Positions 39,960-51,084 are shown, counted from the first letter of the stretch. The stretch: 64,000 nucleotides of DNA from an uncultured cyanobacterium (GCA_963740315.1 CAVUDP010000002.1:3008001-3072000); one strand, 5' to 3'. Notes: generated by a model from the sequence alone, not told the origin. A program made the numbers and translations.

Positions 39960-40409
39960 TTATTTATCTATTTTTAAACCTGATTTAGGAGCATCATCTT
40001 CAGATTTATCTTTTTCCAAAGATGCGATCGCCGTACCTTGTGAATGATGCTGTTTTTGATTTTTTACATAAGCTACAGCTTCATTTAATTGTTTGCTTCC
40101 TAAAGAAAAAATACCATATCCGCCTTGCCAGCTAAACTTTTCAGCATCTGGTGGCGATTCAAAATTAAATTGATGTGCGCTGCTTCCTTTAATTTTTTTG
40201 ACGAAATCAGAAATAGCAAGATTTGGTGGAATTGATGCGACAAGATGAATATGATTTTCTGTTCCACCAATGGCATGGATGATGCAACCAAGGGAATCTG
40301 CTTTGCCAATTATATATTTATAAAAGCTGGCTTCTCTTTGAAGGGTAATCAAATTTTGTCGTCCTTTCGTTGCCCAAACTAAATGATAATAAAGTCGCCA
40401 AAATGCCAT
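39960..40409 (-). CDS. tnpA: IS200/IS605-family Y1 HUH transposase (TnpA; REP-associated candidate), no TnpB
   Basis: YHLVWATK.R, ENHIHL (HUH), KG.SA, WQGGY and YVKNQ (catalytic Tyr) motifs. Confidence 0.93.
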   Translation of the reverse strand: MAFWRLYYHLVWATKGRQNLITLQREASFYKYIIGKADSLGCIIHAIGGTENHIHLVASIPPNLAISDFVKKIKGSSAHQFNFESPPDAEKFSWQGGYGIFSLGSKQLNEAVAYVKNQKQHHSQGTAIASLEKDKSEDDAPKSGLKIDK

Positions 40410-40583
40410 AACGCTATTTTTATTCTTTGTATGAATATTTTGGTTATAGCTACATATAGTTGGGATTGTAAATAATAAGTTGAGTTTTTATATTTAATTT
40501 GGGGTTGTGAATTATCGCTTGGGTATTTACACCACTTGGGGTTTGAAATTATCAGTTGAACATTATAACCGCTTGTGCTTTGA

Positions 40584-40800
40584 AATTATCGGTTAGGCTT
40601 TCACATCCGCTAGGGGTTGCAAACCCCTAGCTAATAGCAAAAGTCCTATGAATAGGACTGCAATTTGATTCGTTTTGTACCGTAAAGATTCATAGCGACA
40701 TAAGGGGTTTGATTGAAAATACAGCTTGAAATATCAACCTTCCCCAGTCATCTTCAGATGACTTGCGCTATTAGCCTGGGGTTTGCAACCCCAGGCGGAT
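40584..40800. mobile_element. Third bipartite-hairpin element, upstream of tnpA
   Basis: Same inverted ends around a different interior. Confidence 0.8.
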
Positions 40801-40880
40801 TATATAAAGCTATTAGCTCTTAACTACAACCCCAGGCGATTAGGACATAAAGCGATTATCCCCCTTTATGGGGGATTCCC

Positions 40881-43800
40881 TTAAGCGCTAAAGTATTTAG
40901 CTACGGGATGATAGGTAATAATCGCCGTTGTACTTTGTTCGGGATAAATCTGCTCGCTTTCGTCCATAAACAAGTTAATTCTGTCAGTTTTCAACAAGTC
41001 CAATTGCTTGTACTGATCTTGAATACTTGGGCAAGCGGGGTATCCAAAGCTATACCGCGAACCGCGATATCTTTGGGCTAACATATCCCGAATGTTATCT
41101 GGATCTTCTGCTGCAAAGCCTAACTCGCGGCGGATTCGGGCGTGCGTCCACTCAGCTAAAGCTTCTGCAATTTGTACGGCTATTCCGTGAAAATACAGAT
41201 AATCTGTGTATTCGTTATTAGAAAATAGCTTTTGTGCAAATTCCGTAGCAATTTCACCTACCGTCACTGCTTGCATGGGGAAAACATCAATGATTCCCGT
41301 TTCTTTGGGTGCAAAAAAATCTGCTATACACAGACGACGCATTGATTTTTGACGGGGGAACTCAAATTCTGTAACTTTTTGGGAATGGTTTTCGGAGTCG
41401 TAGATATGCAGTGTATTTCCTTCGGATTGACAAGGAAAATAACCGTAAATTACTTGGGGATGTAACAAGTTTTCTTCTATTACCCGTTTTTTCCAGGTTT
41501 CTAGAATTGGATACACTTTCTCTGCTAAGAAAGCCTGATATTCTTCTTTTGACTGGTCTTTTGGTTTTCTAAATTGCCATTGTCCGGCGATTAAGGCTTG
41601 TAAATCCAAGTACCAAAATAGTTCTTCAAGAGAAATATCATCACCTTGTAGTAACTTGCTTCCCCAGAATGGTGGGGTAGGACGTTCGGTGTCTATCTCA
41701 ACAGCTTCGGAACGTTTGGTATCGATGACTTTTGGTTCTTCGGGTGCTTTTTCTACAGCTTTTTCTTCTGCTGCTTTATGTCCGTTTCCATTTTGAGATG
41801 CTTCTGCTTCTGCAAATTCACCTAAGAAACCTTTGAAATCATCCCAATCATTACCAGTTTTAGCTGGCATTAATTTTTCCATGAAATTCAAGTCGGAAAA
41901 TGCATCTTTACCGTAGATAACTTTACCTTGATAGGTGTTTTGGCAATCGTCATAAACGAATTTGGGGGTTAAAGCTGCACCACCCAAAATTACCGGAACG
42001 GTGATTCCTTTTTCGTTGAATGTTTGTAAGTTATCTTTCATAAACGCCGTTGATTTCACCAATAAACCGCTCATGGCGATACAGTCGGGTTTATGCTCTT
42101 CGTAGGCTTGGATAATGTTTTCTACTGGTTGCTTGATGCCCAGATTTATCACCCGATAGCCGTTGTTGGATAAGATAATATCTACAAGGTTTTTACCAAT
42201 GTCGTGAACGTCGCCTTTTACGGTAGCAATAACAAAGGTTCCTTTAGCATTATCTACTCCTTCAGATTTTTCCATGTGCGGTTCTAAAAACGCAACTGCC
42301 GCTTTCATGGTTTCTGCTGACTGCAATACGAAAGGTAGCTGCATTTGTCCGGAACCAAACAATTCACCTACTACTTTCATTCCATCTAATAAGTAGATGT
42401 TGACAATATCCAATGGCGGATATTTCTGCATTGCTTCTTTTAAAGCATCTTCTAAACCAATTCTTTCGCCATCGATAACGTGTTGTTTTAACCGTTCTTC
42501 TATTGGTAAACTAACGTCAACGCCTTTATCACGCTTGGCGCTGACACCTTCAAACATCGTTGTTAGTTCGCCCAAGGGGTCGTAAACGCAGATATCACCG
42601 TCAAATCCCCGGTTGTCGTAAATTAAGTCAAGGCAGATTTTTTGGTGTTCTTGTTCAATTTTAGAAAGCGGTAAAATCTTGCTGGCGCTAACGATCGCTG
42701 CATCCATTCCAGCTTCCGTTGCTTCGTGCAAAAACATCGAGTTTAAAACTATCCGCGCTGCGGGATTTAAACCGAAGGAAACGTTGGAAACACCCAATAC
42801 GACATGACATCCCGGTAATTCTTGACGAATTCTACTAATGGATTCGACAGTCGCTTTACCGTTGGCTCTATCTTCTTCAATTCCGGTGGAAATCGGTAGC
42901 GCTAGAGTGTCAAAAAATATTTCATGAGCGGGAATACCGTATTCTAAAGCTTGACGGTAAGCACGTTGAGCAATTTCAAACTTTTTATCTGCCGTTCGCG
43001 CCATCCCATCTTCATCGATGGTACCAATTACGACACCAGCGCCGTAAGTTTTCGCCAATTCCAACACTTTCAAAAAGCGCTCTTCGCCGTCTTCATAGTT
43101 GGTGGAATTTAATAAACACTTACCGCCAGCCACCTTAAGACCTGCCTCCATTTTTTCCCATTCTGTGGAGTCAAGTACCAAAGGCAAGGTAATATTATTC
43201 ACCAAACGCGAAACCAACTCGTGCATATCACGCACGCCGTCACGCCCTACATAGTCAACGTTTACGTCGAGTACGTGTGCGCCTTCTTTAACTTGCGATC
43301 GCCCTAACGAAACCAATCCATCCCAGTCTTCATCATTGAGCATGGTGCGGCATTTCTTGGAACCGCTAGCGTTGAGACGTTCGCCGATAATTAAGAACGA
43401 ATTATCTTGATCGTAGGGTTGAGTACCGTAAATCGAAGCCGCCGCTGGTTCAGTTTGCGGATTCCTGACTTTCGGTGTCAAAGATGCAGCAATTTCTGCT
43501 AAAGCTTGAATATGTGCTGGACGTGTCCCACAGCAACCCCCGATCGCTTGGACACCTAAGTCTTCGATGAAATGCATCAAATGCATCTTTAATTCCATCG
43601 GCGTAAGCTTATAATGCGCTTGTCCGCCAACGTTTTCGGGTAATCCCGCATTCGGTACGCAGGAAATAATGAATGGTGAATGCTCCGACAGGTATTTAAT
43701 GTGCGGCTTCATCAAATCGGGACCAGTAGCGCAATTTAAACCCAAAATATCAATTTTGTAAGGTTCCAAAATTGTCACTACGGCGCTGATTTCCGTACCC

Positions 43801-44414
43801 ACGAGCATTGTACCCATAGATTCCATCGTCACGGAAACCATTAACGCTCGTCTTTCTCCTTTCTTGGCGAAAACTTCTTCAATGGCATTCAGTGCGGCTT
43901 TTATTTGCAACACATCCTGACAGGTTTCGACGATAAATAAATCGACTCCACCATCCCATAATGCTTCTGCTTGCTCTACATAAGCATTTTTCAAAGTGTC
44001 GAAGTCAATATGTCCCAAAGTTGGTAATTTTGTACCAGGTCCCATCGAACCACCAACAAATCGGGGTTTTTCGGGTGTAGAAAATTCCGCTGCAACTTTT
44101 TTCGCTAATTCCGCCGCAGTTTTATTTAAGTAATAAGCTTGGTCTGCTAAATCATACTCGGCAAGTACAATTGACGTACCCCCAAAGGTATCCGTTTCAA
44201 TCACATCCGCACCAGCAGCCAAGAAATCACGGTGAACCGTCGCTACAGCTTCCGGTTTGGTGTGTACGAGATATTCGTTACAACCTTCGTATTCGGCACC
44301 ACCAAAGTCTTCAGCGGTGAGTTCCTGTACCTGTAAATTGGTTCCCATCGCACCGTCAAACACTACAACAGGGCGTTTGGGACTTTTGAGATGTTCTAAA
44401 AATTGATTAGCCAT
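40881..44414 (-). CDS. metH: Cobalamin-dependent methionine synthase
   Basis: [21 protein letters not shown] and activation-domain motifs. Confidence 0.98.
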   Translation of the reverse strand: MANQFLEHLKSPKRPVVVFDGAMGTNLQVQELTAEDFGGAEYEGCNEYLVHTKPEAVATVHRDFLAAGADVIETDTFGGTSIVLAEYDLADQAYYLNKTAAELAKKVAAEFSTPEKPRFVGGSMGPGTKLPTLGHIDFDTLKNAYVEQAEALWDGGVDLFIVETCQDVLQIKAALNAIEEVFAKKGERRALMVSVTMESMGTMLVGTEISAVVTILEPYKIDILGLNCATGPDLMKPHIKYLSEHSPFIISCVPNAGLPENVGGQAHYKLTPMELKMHLMHFIEDLGVQAIGGCCGTRPAHIQALAEIAASLTPKVRNPQTEPAAASIYGTQPYDQDNSFLIIGERLNASGSKKCRTMLNDEDWDGLVSLGRSQVKEGAHVLDVNVDYVGRDGVRDMHELVSRLVNNITLPLVLDSTEWEKMEAGLKVAGGKCLLNSTNYEDGEERFLKVLELAKTYGAGVVIGTIDEDGMARTADKKFEIAQRAYRQALEYGIPAHEIFFDTLALPISTGIEEDRANGKATVESISRIRQELPGCHVVLGVSNVSFGLNPAARIVLNSMFLHEATEAGMDAAIVSASKILPLSKIEQEHQKICLDLIYDNRGFDGDICVYDPLGELTTMFEGVSAKRDKGVDVSLPIEERLKQHVIDGERIGLEDALKEAMQKYPPLDIVNIYLLDGMKVVGELFGSGQMQLPFVLQSAETMKAAVAFLEPHMEKSEGVDNAKGTFVIATVKGDVHDIGKNLVDIILSNNGYRVINLGIKQPVENIIQAYEEHKPDCIAMSGLLVKSTAFMKDNLQTFNEKGITVPVILGGAALTPKFVYDDCQNTYQGKVIYGKDAFSDLNFMEKLMPAKTGNDWDDFKGFLGEFAEAEASQNGNGHKAAEEKAVEKAPEEPKVIDTKRSEAVEIDTERPTPPFWGSKLLQGDDISLEELFWYLDLQALIAGQWQFRKPKDQSKEEYQAFLAEKVYPILETWKKRVIEENLLHPQVIYGYFPCQSEGNTLHIYDSENHSQKVTEFEFPRQKSMRRLCIADFFAPKETGIIDVFPMQAVTVGEIATEFAQKLFSNNEYTDYLYFHGIAVQIAEALAEWTHARIRRELGFAAEDPDNIRDMLAQRYRGSRYSFGYPACPSIQDQYKQLDLLKTDRINLFMDESEQIYPEQSTTAIITYHPVAKYFSA

Positions 44415-44506
44415 AAAATTCCAGAAAAATTTAGGTTAGCCTTAATTTATTATTTTCTCGGATTTCTAAACTTTAAGACCAATTAAATTACATATAGATT
44501 ACATTT

Positions 44507-44980
44507 ATGATCGTACAAGATTGCGTTGAGCAAGATGAAGGCTTTATCCGTTCGAGTACCGAGGAAGTTAAAGGTAATTTGCTCGAAGCCTTAAAAACAG
44601 TGGCTTTAGCAGGAAGACGCATTGTCTTGCAACAAGCTGGGGAAGAGATTGCAGCAATAATACCGATCCAAGAATTTCATCGTCTCGAATCTTTTGAACA
44701 CGAACTCGTACCTCCGATTTGGGAACCTCACGAGGAAGAATATTACGAACACGATGGAGGAATACATTGTATCTTTCTTGATGAGATGGAAGCGGAGTTT
44801 GATGAGATTATTACTGAGGTGACGGTATACAATGAACTGTTTGGGCTGCTACCACCTCAATATTTAGCGGGGAAAGAATTTGATGTTTTCATACCCGTGG
44901 CGATTGTGATGAATATCAATAAGTTTTGGGTACCGGAATATTTGATTGGTGAAAAGGATAGGTTGAAGGCTTGTCTGTGA
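44507..44980 (+). CDS. Acidic hypothetical protein with a Phd/YefM-like segment
   Basis: EVKGNLLEALKTV..GRRIVLQQAGEEIAAIIPIQEF resembles the Phd fold. Confidence 0.55.
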   Translation: MIVQDCVEQDEGFIRSSTEEVKGNLLEALKTVALAGRRIVLQQAGEEIAAIIPIQEFHRLESFEHELVPPIWEPHEEEYYEHDGGIHCIFLDEMEAEFDEIITEVTVYNELFGLLPPQYLAGKEFDVFIPVAIVMNINKFWVPEYLIGEKDRLKACL

Positions 44981-45099
44981 GGAAAAGGATTAGGTTTTTG
45001 CAATAATCTCGGAATTATAAAACCGCAGAGGGCGCAGAGGGCGCTGAGGAAAGAAGTTAAAAGAGAGAAATATTCTTTTTTGAGATTAGATACTGAGAT

Positions 45100-45924
45100 T
45101 TAATTTAACTTGGTCAAATTGGTTTGGGTAATTTGATCTGCTGGGAATAAGGTTTCAATTCGCAATTCTTGTAACATGATGTCTTGGGGTGTACCGAGAG
45201 TTGCGATCGCTGAAAAAAAGTTAAAATTTAGTCCGTCTTTAAAAAAGTTTACGGTTAATAATGGCATTTGCCAGGTGTGTGAATTAGAAAGTTTCCACAA
45301 CTGCGGAACATCTGGATATGTCATGAATTCTTGATAAAGTTGTCTCGGTTGGGCGCTGTTTTCATTTGCGATCGCTTCTCGATAAACTCTTTTAATTAAA
45401 TGACTGGCGGTTTCTTCCCAATTTGTGACAAACGGCTTTAAACCTTGGGGATGAAACATCAATCGCATCAAGTTGATTTTTTGATCGATGTAAAAACGGT
45501 TGTGTAAGTTTTCTGAATTAATTAACCAGTTCATTAACTGTTGCGAAACTGGATTGCTTTGAATTAAATTCCAATATCTATCCATCACCAAAACGGGTAA
45601 ATGTGTTTGAGAAAGCAAAATGAAATCCAAGGCTTTGCGGATGGGTTCAAATTCTGGTGAAGATAAATCGCGCTCAGAATAAATCGGCGCAAACCCCGCA
45701 GCACTCAGCATGACATTTTGTTCCCGTAGAGGAATATCTAAAACGGTAGCAAGCTGCAATATCATTTCTTGACTGGGATTTGCTCTACCGGATTCGAGAA
45801 AACTAATGTGTCTTTGAGAAACATCGCTGGCTAAAGCTAAATCAAGTTGGCTGAAATTTTGTAGTTTTCTGTGGTGTTTGAGCAGATTTCCGAAGGTTGT
45901 TTGTTGGTTTGACGTGGATTGCAT
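45100..45924 (-). CDS. XRE-family HTH regulator with MmyB-like ligand-binding domain (start re-assigned to ATG 45924)
   Basis: SQLDLA...VSQRHISFLESGRA and TLGTPQDI.LQELRIE.LFPAD motifs. The longer track ORF starts inside a REP. Confidence 0.85.
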   Translation of the reverse strand: MQSTSNQQTTFGNLLKHHRKLQNFSQLDLALASDVSQRHISFLESGRANPSQEMILQLATVLDIPLREQNVMLSAAGFAPIYSERDLSSPEFEPIRKALDFILLSQTHLPVLVMDRYWNLIQSNPVSQQLMNWLINSENLHNRFYIDQKINLMRLMFHPQGLKPFVTNWEETASHLIKRVYREAIANENSAQPRQLYQEFMTYPDVPQLWKLSNSHTWQMPLLTVNFFKDGLNFNFFSAIATLGTPQDIMLQELRIETLFPADQITQTNLTKLN

Positions 45925-46224
45925 TGCAAAATTTTGTCGATCGATATAACTAATGTAGAGACGGCGTGCACAGTGCAACGTCTCCCCGAATTTTGATTTA
46001 TAATGACGCTTCCGCGTCACGCTTCGCTAACGATAATTTGCTGTGATGGGAGACATTTCGTTTTCCCGCAGATTGTTTGAGACGTAGCGGAGACGTAGCG
46101 GAGACGTAGCACTGCTACGTCTCTACATTTGTTTGATTACCTGTGAGGTAATTGTTTCTCTGGGATACAGCAATCATAATCAAAACAACAACGATCGTGG
46201 AATTTGAATCGGAGAATAAAAGTC

Positions 46225-46599
46225 ATGTCCAATACAACTTATCAAAATCAAGTTTCTGCCGAAAGTAAATTATTTTCAGCGAAATCACTTTATCTACTGC
46301 TGGTAATTGTTGGAACTATTGCACCTTGGAGTTTAATTATAAAATTTTTTATTCAAAATGGTTTTTCGATTATTTCATTAATTTACAAGGAATTCGATAA
46401 TTACGCTGCGGCTGCATTTGGAACAGATTTGCTGATTTGCATATTAGTTTTCTTGTGCTTTGCGTTTTTTGAATTAAAGCGACTAGGTTTATCTCGTAGT
46501 AGATTAATTATTTATATTGCTGCAACTTTTGGAATTGGTTTAAGTTGTAGTTTACCGTTGTTTTTATATGTTCGCGAAGGAGTTTTAGAGGAAAAGTAG
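46225..46599 (+). CDS. DUF2834-like membrane protein
   Basis: Three TM segments, with DLLI and IGLSCSLPLFLYVRE. Divergent from the regulator. Confidence 0.75.
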   Translation: MSNTTYQNQVSAESKLFSAKSLYLLLVIVGTIAPWSLIIKFFIQNGFSIISLIYKEFDNYAAAAFGTDLLICILVFLCFAFFELKRLGLSRSRLIIYIAATFGIGLSCSLPLFLYVREGVLEEK

Positions 46600-46950
46600 T
46601 AAACAAATCGTAAGGGAGGCAAATTTGCGTGTGGATTATCCTCCCCAAATATTGCCGTTGTGTTATCACGGAGCAAAACGCACAAGGAATTCCGAAAAAT
46701 AATTTATTATTTATTCAAGGTAGTGCGAGCATCTTGCTCGCTAGTATTCCTTTTCATTAATTCTGACAGGTTCGTAGTAAGGGCTTTAGCCCCTCCGGAT
46801 TCCGTAATATGAGGCGAGTACAGCGCTTACTACGAACCTTATTTTTTTAATTTGGAAGTCTCTTAATTAATTTTTATGCGTTACAGAATTTTTAATTACC
46901 AAGCATAGACATTATTATCTAAAACCTATTTTGAATTAATTTAATTTGTA

Positions 46951-47355
46951 ATGAAAAATATAATTTTTAATTTGGGTTTTGCAACACTTCTTACCCACGA
47001 ACTTGATGCGATCGCGCAATCGGAATGGAAACTTTTATTTATACTGCGAAGCCTACCAGAAGAAACCGCTCCTTCAGCTTTTGTGATTATTCATGTACCA
47101 TTAATTGCAGCACTTTTATGGTTAACAAATAATGAATCTCAGCTTATAAAAAATTGGTCGCGGATTGCACTTGCGGCATTTCTTGTAATTCATTCCGGAC
47201 TTCATAAGTTATTGGAAAATAGTCCGAACTCTAGTTTTAATTCGTTGCTTTCTTTGGGACTTATTTATGGTGGTGGCTTGCTTGGATTACTTTATTTGAT
47301 TTGGGTTTTTATGTCTTGGCGAAGTATGTCAAATAATCTTGTTGAAGCGGATTAA
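46951..47355 (+). CDS. DUF6713-like membrane protein
   Basis: LLTHELDAI..EW..L, HVPL and IHSGLH motifs. Confidence 0.7.
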   Translation: MKNIIFNLGFATLLTHELDAIAQSEWKLLFILRSLPEETAPSAFVIIHVPLIAALLWLTNNESQLIKNWSRIALAAFLVIHSGLHKLLENSPNSSFNSLLSLGLIYGGGLLGLLYLIWVFMSWRSMSNNLVEAD

Positions 47356-47486
47356 TAAAAGATAGCGATAAATCGCTTACTACGAACCAAAAATGTAGCG
47401 CATTACAATTAATAAATGGTACGTTACGGCATTTTCATCTTTGTAATTTCGAGCATTACATATTTATGCCGTAACACACCCTACAA

Positions 47487-49211
47487 TTACTTCCCAAAAC
47501 TATAAATCTTCTGAGTTTCTAATTTATCGCTAAGCGCAGAAGGTAGCTGACTTAATTCAAAAGCTTGTCTATCTAATTTTACCTGTAGCTTACTTAAAGG
47601 ATCTACTCCAGGAGAAATCAGAAATTCTAGCTTTTTAACGTAAGGTAATTCGGCAACTTTATCGAGAATATTAATTACAGCTTTTACGTAAGGATGATCT
47701 TTTTGCTGATACCAATCAACAGATGCAACGTTGGCTTGATCTAAACCTAAGTGTACTGTTAAAGATGGTTCGGTAAACAAAGCCAATCCTAAAGGGCGGG
47801 TTTCTTCTTGTAATAATAAATCGTGGGTTTTTGCTAAATGCCGTATTTTTTCTAAACGCTCGTAACGTTGTGCGATCGCTAAAGGTTCGTCTTGCCAGTG
47901 CAGCGCTACTGTTACTAAATAAGTCTGCAACAGCATATGACCTAGCTTTTTGGCTTTCGTCGCTAGGTAATGAGTATTGTAATCGTTGGCTTCGATTAAT
48001 AAAGGTAGTCTGTCAACTACTTCCAAACCATAACCTTTTAGTCCAGCAATTTTACGGGGATTGTTGGTAATTAAACGTATATTATGCACGTTTAAATCCA
48101 TCAACATTTGCGCTCCCATGCCGTAGTCGCGTAAATCGGCAGGAAATCCCAAGCGTTCGTTAGCTTCTACAGTATCCAGCCCCATGTCTTGCAAGGAATA
48201 GGCTTTTAATTTATTAACTAAACCAATACCGCGTCCTTCTTGACGTAGGTATACAACAACACCTTCGCCTGCATTTTCAATCATTTTCAAGGCTGCTTGT
48301 AACTGCATTCGACAATCGCAGCGCAAGGAACCCAAAGCATCTCCCGTCAGACATTCGGAATGCACTCGCACCATTACAGCTTTGTTGCCAAATTTCTCCG
48401 GATCGCCTTTGACAATGGCAACGTGTTCTGTATCATCGAGAGTGTGACGGTAAGCGTAGATTTTGAAATTTCCGAACTGCGTTGGTAAATCGGCAACAGT
48501 TTCGCGTTTAATTATCCGGTCATAACGCAAACGGTAACTAATTAAATCCGCGATACTGATAATTTTCATCTTATGACGCTTGGCATACTCAAATAATTCG
48601 GGTAGCCGTGCCATCGAACCGTCGGGGTTTTGAATTTCGCAAATTACCCCAGCAGGATATAAACCAGCTAATCGAGATAGATCGACAGCAGCTTCTGTAT
48701 GTCCGGCTCGTTTAAGTACGCCTCCATTTTTGGCACGAATTGGAAAAATATGACCGGGGCGGCGTAAATCTTCCGGCTGGGTATGGGGGTTGAGCGCTAC
48801 TTGAATGGTGCGAGCGCGATCTTCGGCGGAAATTCCTGTAGTAACGCCTAGTTCTGGACCAGCGTCAATGCTGACAGTGAAAGCAGTTTGATTGGTATCG
48901 GTGATATTTTTCACCATCAAAGGTAAATCTAATTCATCGAGGCGATCGCCAGTCATTGCCAGACAAATTAAACCTCGTGCTTCTACCGCCATCAGGTTGA
49001 TTGTATCTGGTGTGGCAAACTGGGCTGCACAAATCAAATCGCCTTCGTTTTCTCGATTTTCATCATCTACCACCACCACACAGCGACCAGCTTTCAAGTC
49101 AGCCAATGCGGTATCAATCGAATCAAATTTAAATCGGAAGGTTGAATCGGTAGTAACTGGGGTGGATTCCCCACCTTGCGGAGAGTGCGTTTGGATATTA
49201 TGCTGCGACAC
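47487..49211 (-). CDS. ribBA: Bifunctional DHBP synthase / GTP cyclohydrolase II
   Basis: DDENRENEGD, RAGHTEA, RVHSECLTGD..CDC and QEGRGIG motifs. Confidence 0.96.
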   Translation of the reverse strand: MSQHNIQTHSPQGGESTPVTTDSTFRFKFDSIDTALADLKAGRCVVVVDDENRENEGDLICAAQFATPDTINLMAVEARGLICLAMTGDRLDELDLPLMVKNITDTNQTAFTVSIDAGPELGVTTGISAEDRARTIQVALNPHTQPEDLRRPGHIFPIRAKNGGVLKRAGHTEAAVDLSRLAGLYPAGVICEIQNPDGSMARLPELFEYAKRHKMKIISIADLISYRLRYDRIIKRETVADLPTQFGNFKIYAYRHTLDDTEHVAIVKGDPEKFGNKAVMVRVHSECLTGDALGSLRCDCRMQLQAALKMIENAGEGVVVYLRQEGRGIGLVNKLKAYSLQDMGLDTVEANERLGFPADLRDYGMGAQMLMDLNVHNIRLITNNPRKIAGLKGYGLEVVDRLPLLIEANDYNTHYLATKAKKLGHMLLQTYLVTVALHWQDEPLAIAQRYERLEKIRHLAKTHDLLLQEETRPLGLALFTEPSLTVHLGLDQANVASVDWYQQKDHPYVKAVINILDKVAELPYVKKLEFLISPGVDPLSKLQVKLDRQAFELSQLPSALSDKLETQKIYSFGK

Positions 49212-49454
49212 AGAGAATTTCTCGAAGAGCGAACGTTAATTTTTTTTAATAAATCTTATCTTACATTGTAGCTCTTTTGTGAAGGACCGAAGCATAGTAG
49301 CAATGATTCGATAACATAGCAGAAGTGTCTGCAACGCGAACAATGTTATTAACACTTAATTACAGAACATTTTAAGCCTTGATGGCTCCCCAAGCTTAGT
49401 TGCTAAGCGCGGAGTTATTGCATTAAAAAAATCATTGGATAGGAATTTTAAAAC

Positions 49455-50513
49455 ATGGGCAATTTTAGGCGCGTACCCGTGGGGATTATTGGCGCGTCAG
49501 GCTATGGCGGAGTTCAGCTAGTGCGACTGCTATTAAATCACCCAGAACTGGAGCTGGTTTATTTAGGCGGTGAAAGTAGTGCTGGAAAATCTTTTAGCGA
49601 TATTTATCCCCACTTAGCCCACATCGTAAATCTTAAAGTTGAACCAGTAGAACCCGAAGCAATTGCACGCCGTTGCGAAGTCGTTTTTTTATCGCTACCA
49701 AACGGACTAGCCTGTGAAATTGCACCAAAATTGCTCGAATATGGATGTAAAGTCCTGGATTTGTCCGCAGATTATCGATTTAGCAACTTGAAAACTTATA
49801 GTAATTGGTATGGCAAACAGCGTAAAGACATAGAAACCGCCGCCACAGCCATTTACGGACTACCAGAGCTTTATCGCGATCGCATTTCTGACGCTCAACT
49901 TGTAGGCTGCCCCGGTTCTTATCCCACAGCCAGTTTGCTAGCACTTTCACCTCTGCTCAAACAAGGATTAATCGTACCAGAAACCGCCATTATCGACGGT
50001 AAAGGCGGTACTTCCACCGGAGGAAGACAAGCCCAAACCCATCTACTGCTATCGGAAGCAGACAACACCGTGGGGGCGTATCAAGTTGCCCATCACCGTC
50101 ATACTCCAGAAATGGAAGAGATTTGCAGCGATTTAGCAGGGCATGAAGTTACCGTACAATTTACGCCACACCTCATACCAATGGTGCGCGGAATTTTATC
50201 AACAGTATACGCAACATTGCGCGACCCCGGATTAGTGCGAGATGACTTAATTACTATATATAAAGCCTTTTATCGAAACTCCTGCTGGGTAAAAATCTGC
50301 GAACCAGGAATTTATCCCCAAACCAAATGGACTCACGGAAGTAATCTATGTTATTTGGGTATAGAAGTTGACTCCAGAACCCGTAGGGTAATTGTGATGT
50401 CAGCGATCGATAATTTGATTAAAGGGCAAGCAGGGCAAGCAATTCAGTGTTTGAACATCATGATGGGCTGGGATGAAACGCTGGGATTGCCAAGTTTGGG
50501 TTTTTATCCTTGA
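49455..50513 (+). CDS. argC: N-acetyl-gamma-glutamyl-phosphate reductase homologue with an atypical active site (PGSYPT)
   Basis: GASGYGG, DLSADYR, YGLPE, HRHTPE and [11 protein letters not shown] motifs. Confidence 0.88.
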   Translation: MGNFRRVPVGIIGASGYGGVQLVRLLLNHPELELVYLGGESSAGKSFSDIYPHLAHIVNLKVEPVEPEAIARRCEVVFLSLPNGLACEIAPKLLEYGCKVLDLSADYRFSNLKTYSNWYGKQRKDIETAATAIYGLPELYRDRISDAQLVGCPGSYPTASLLALSPLLKQGLIVPETAIIDGKGGTSTGGRQAQTHLLLSEADNTVGAYQVAHHRHTPEMEEICSDLAGHEVTVQFTPHLIPMVRGILSTVYATLRDPGLVRDDLITIYKAFYRNSCWVKICEPGIYPQTKWTHGSNLCYLGIEVDSRTRRVIVMSAIDNLIKGQAGQAIQCLNIMMGWDETLGLPSLGFYP

Positions 50514-50548
50514 TTAATTGGGCATTATTCAATTTTGGATTTTAGTTC

Positions 50549-50794
50549 GTAGGTTGGGTTAGACACGAAAATAAATTGAATTTATAACGCGAATTTAGAT
50601 TATCGTGTCGTAACCCAACATCAAGATTTCTGAATTAACAAAAGTGAAGCTCATAATTTACCTGGCGCTTTGTTACCACGGCTACACAAGCAAAACCCGC
50701 AGTAAGGCGGGTTAAAGTTTGTAGGTTGGGTTAGACACGAAAACAAATTGGATTTATAACGCGAATTTATACCATCGTGTCGTAACCCAACATC
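50549..50794. repeat. GTAG-tagged REP family B (GTAGGTTGGGTTAGACACGA...TCGTGTCGTAACCCAACATC), two copies
   Basis: Copies at 50549-50622 and 50721-50794. Others at 51469 (partial), 51617-51690 and 52993-53067, with inverted variants at 53146-53218 and 53352-53426. Confidence 0.88.
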
Positions 50795-50904
50795 AAAATT
50801 CATGAATTAATAAAAGTTTTTTACAGCACGGTACAGCACATTATATTAGTAGAATGTACAGCGCTAGATGTAAGATGAATCAGTAGATAATAAAAATAAT
50901 TAAA

Positions 50905-51084
50905 ATGGGTATGGAGAGTGTAACCACCTATGTTCCACCGGAAATAAAGAGGAACTTAGAAAAGTGGGCTAAGGAGGAAGATAGATCGATCAGCTATTTA
51001 GTAGCGAGATTAATTACTAAAACGGTAAACGAAAGATACCCGCAAGAATCTTCCTCACCAGAAAAAGGTAAGGGAGCAGCATGA
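50905..51084 (+). CDS. 59-aa CopG/ribbon-helix-helix protein (absent from the ORF track)
   Basis: MGMESVTTYVPPEIKRNLEKWAKEEDRSISYLVARLITKTV... The stop overlaps the next ATG (ATGA). Confidence 0.8.
   Translation: MGMESVTTYVPPEIKRNLEKWAKEEDRSISYLVARLITKTVNERYPQESSSPEKGKGAA

Noticed and set aside
35460..40880. Prophage
   Set aside because: No integrase, structural, replication or lysis genes are present, and no att-like repeats were seen.
39960..40880. IS605 element with TnpB/omega-RNA
   Set aside because: There is no RuvC/TnpB ORF on either side of tnpA.
44414..44507. Cobalamin or SAM riboswitch upstream of metH (and FMN riboswitches at ribC/ribBA)
   Set aside because: The gap is only ~90 nt and AT-rich, and no conserved riboswitch motifs are visible at any of these sites.
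47487..47930. C-terminal extension of RibBA as a novelty
   Set aside because: This extension is common in cyanobacterial RibBA proteins.
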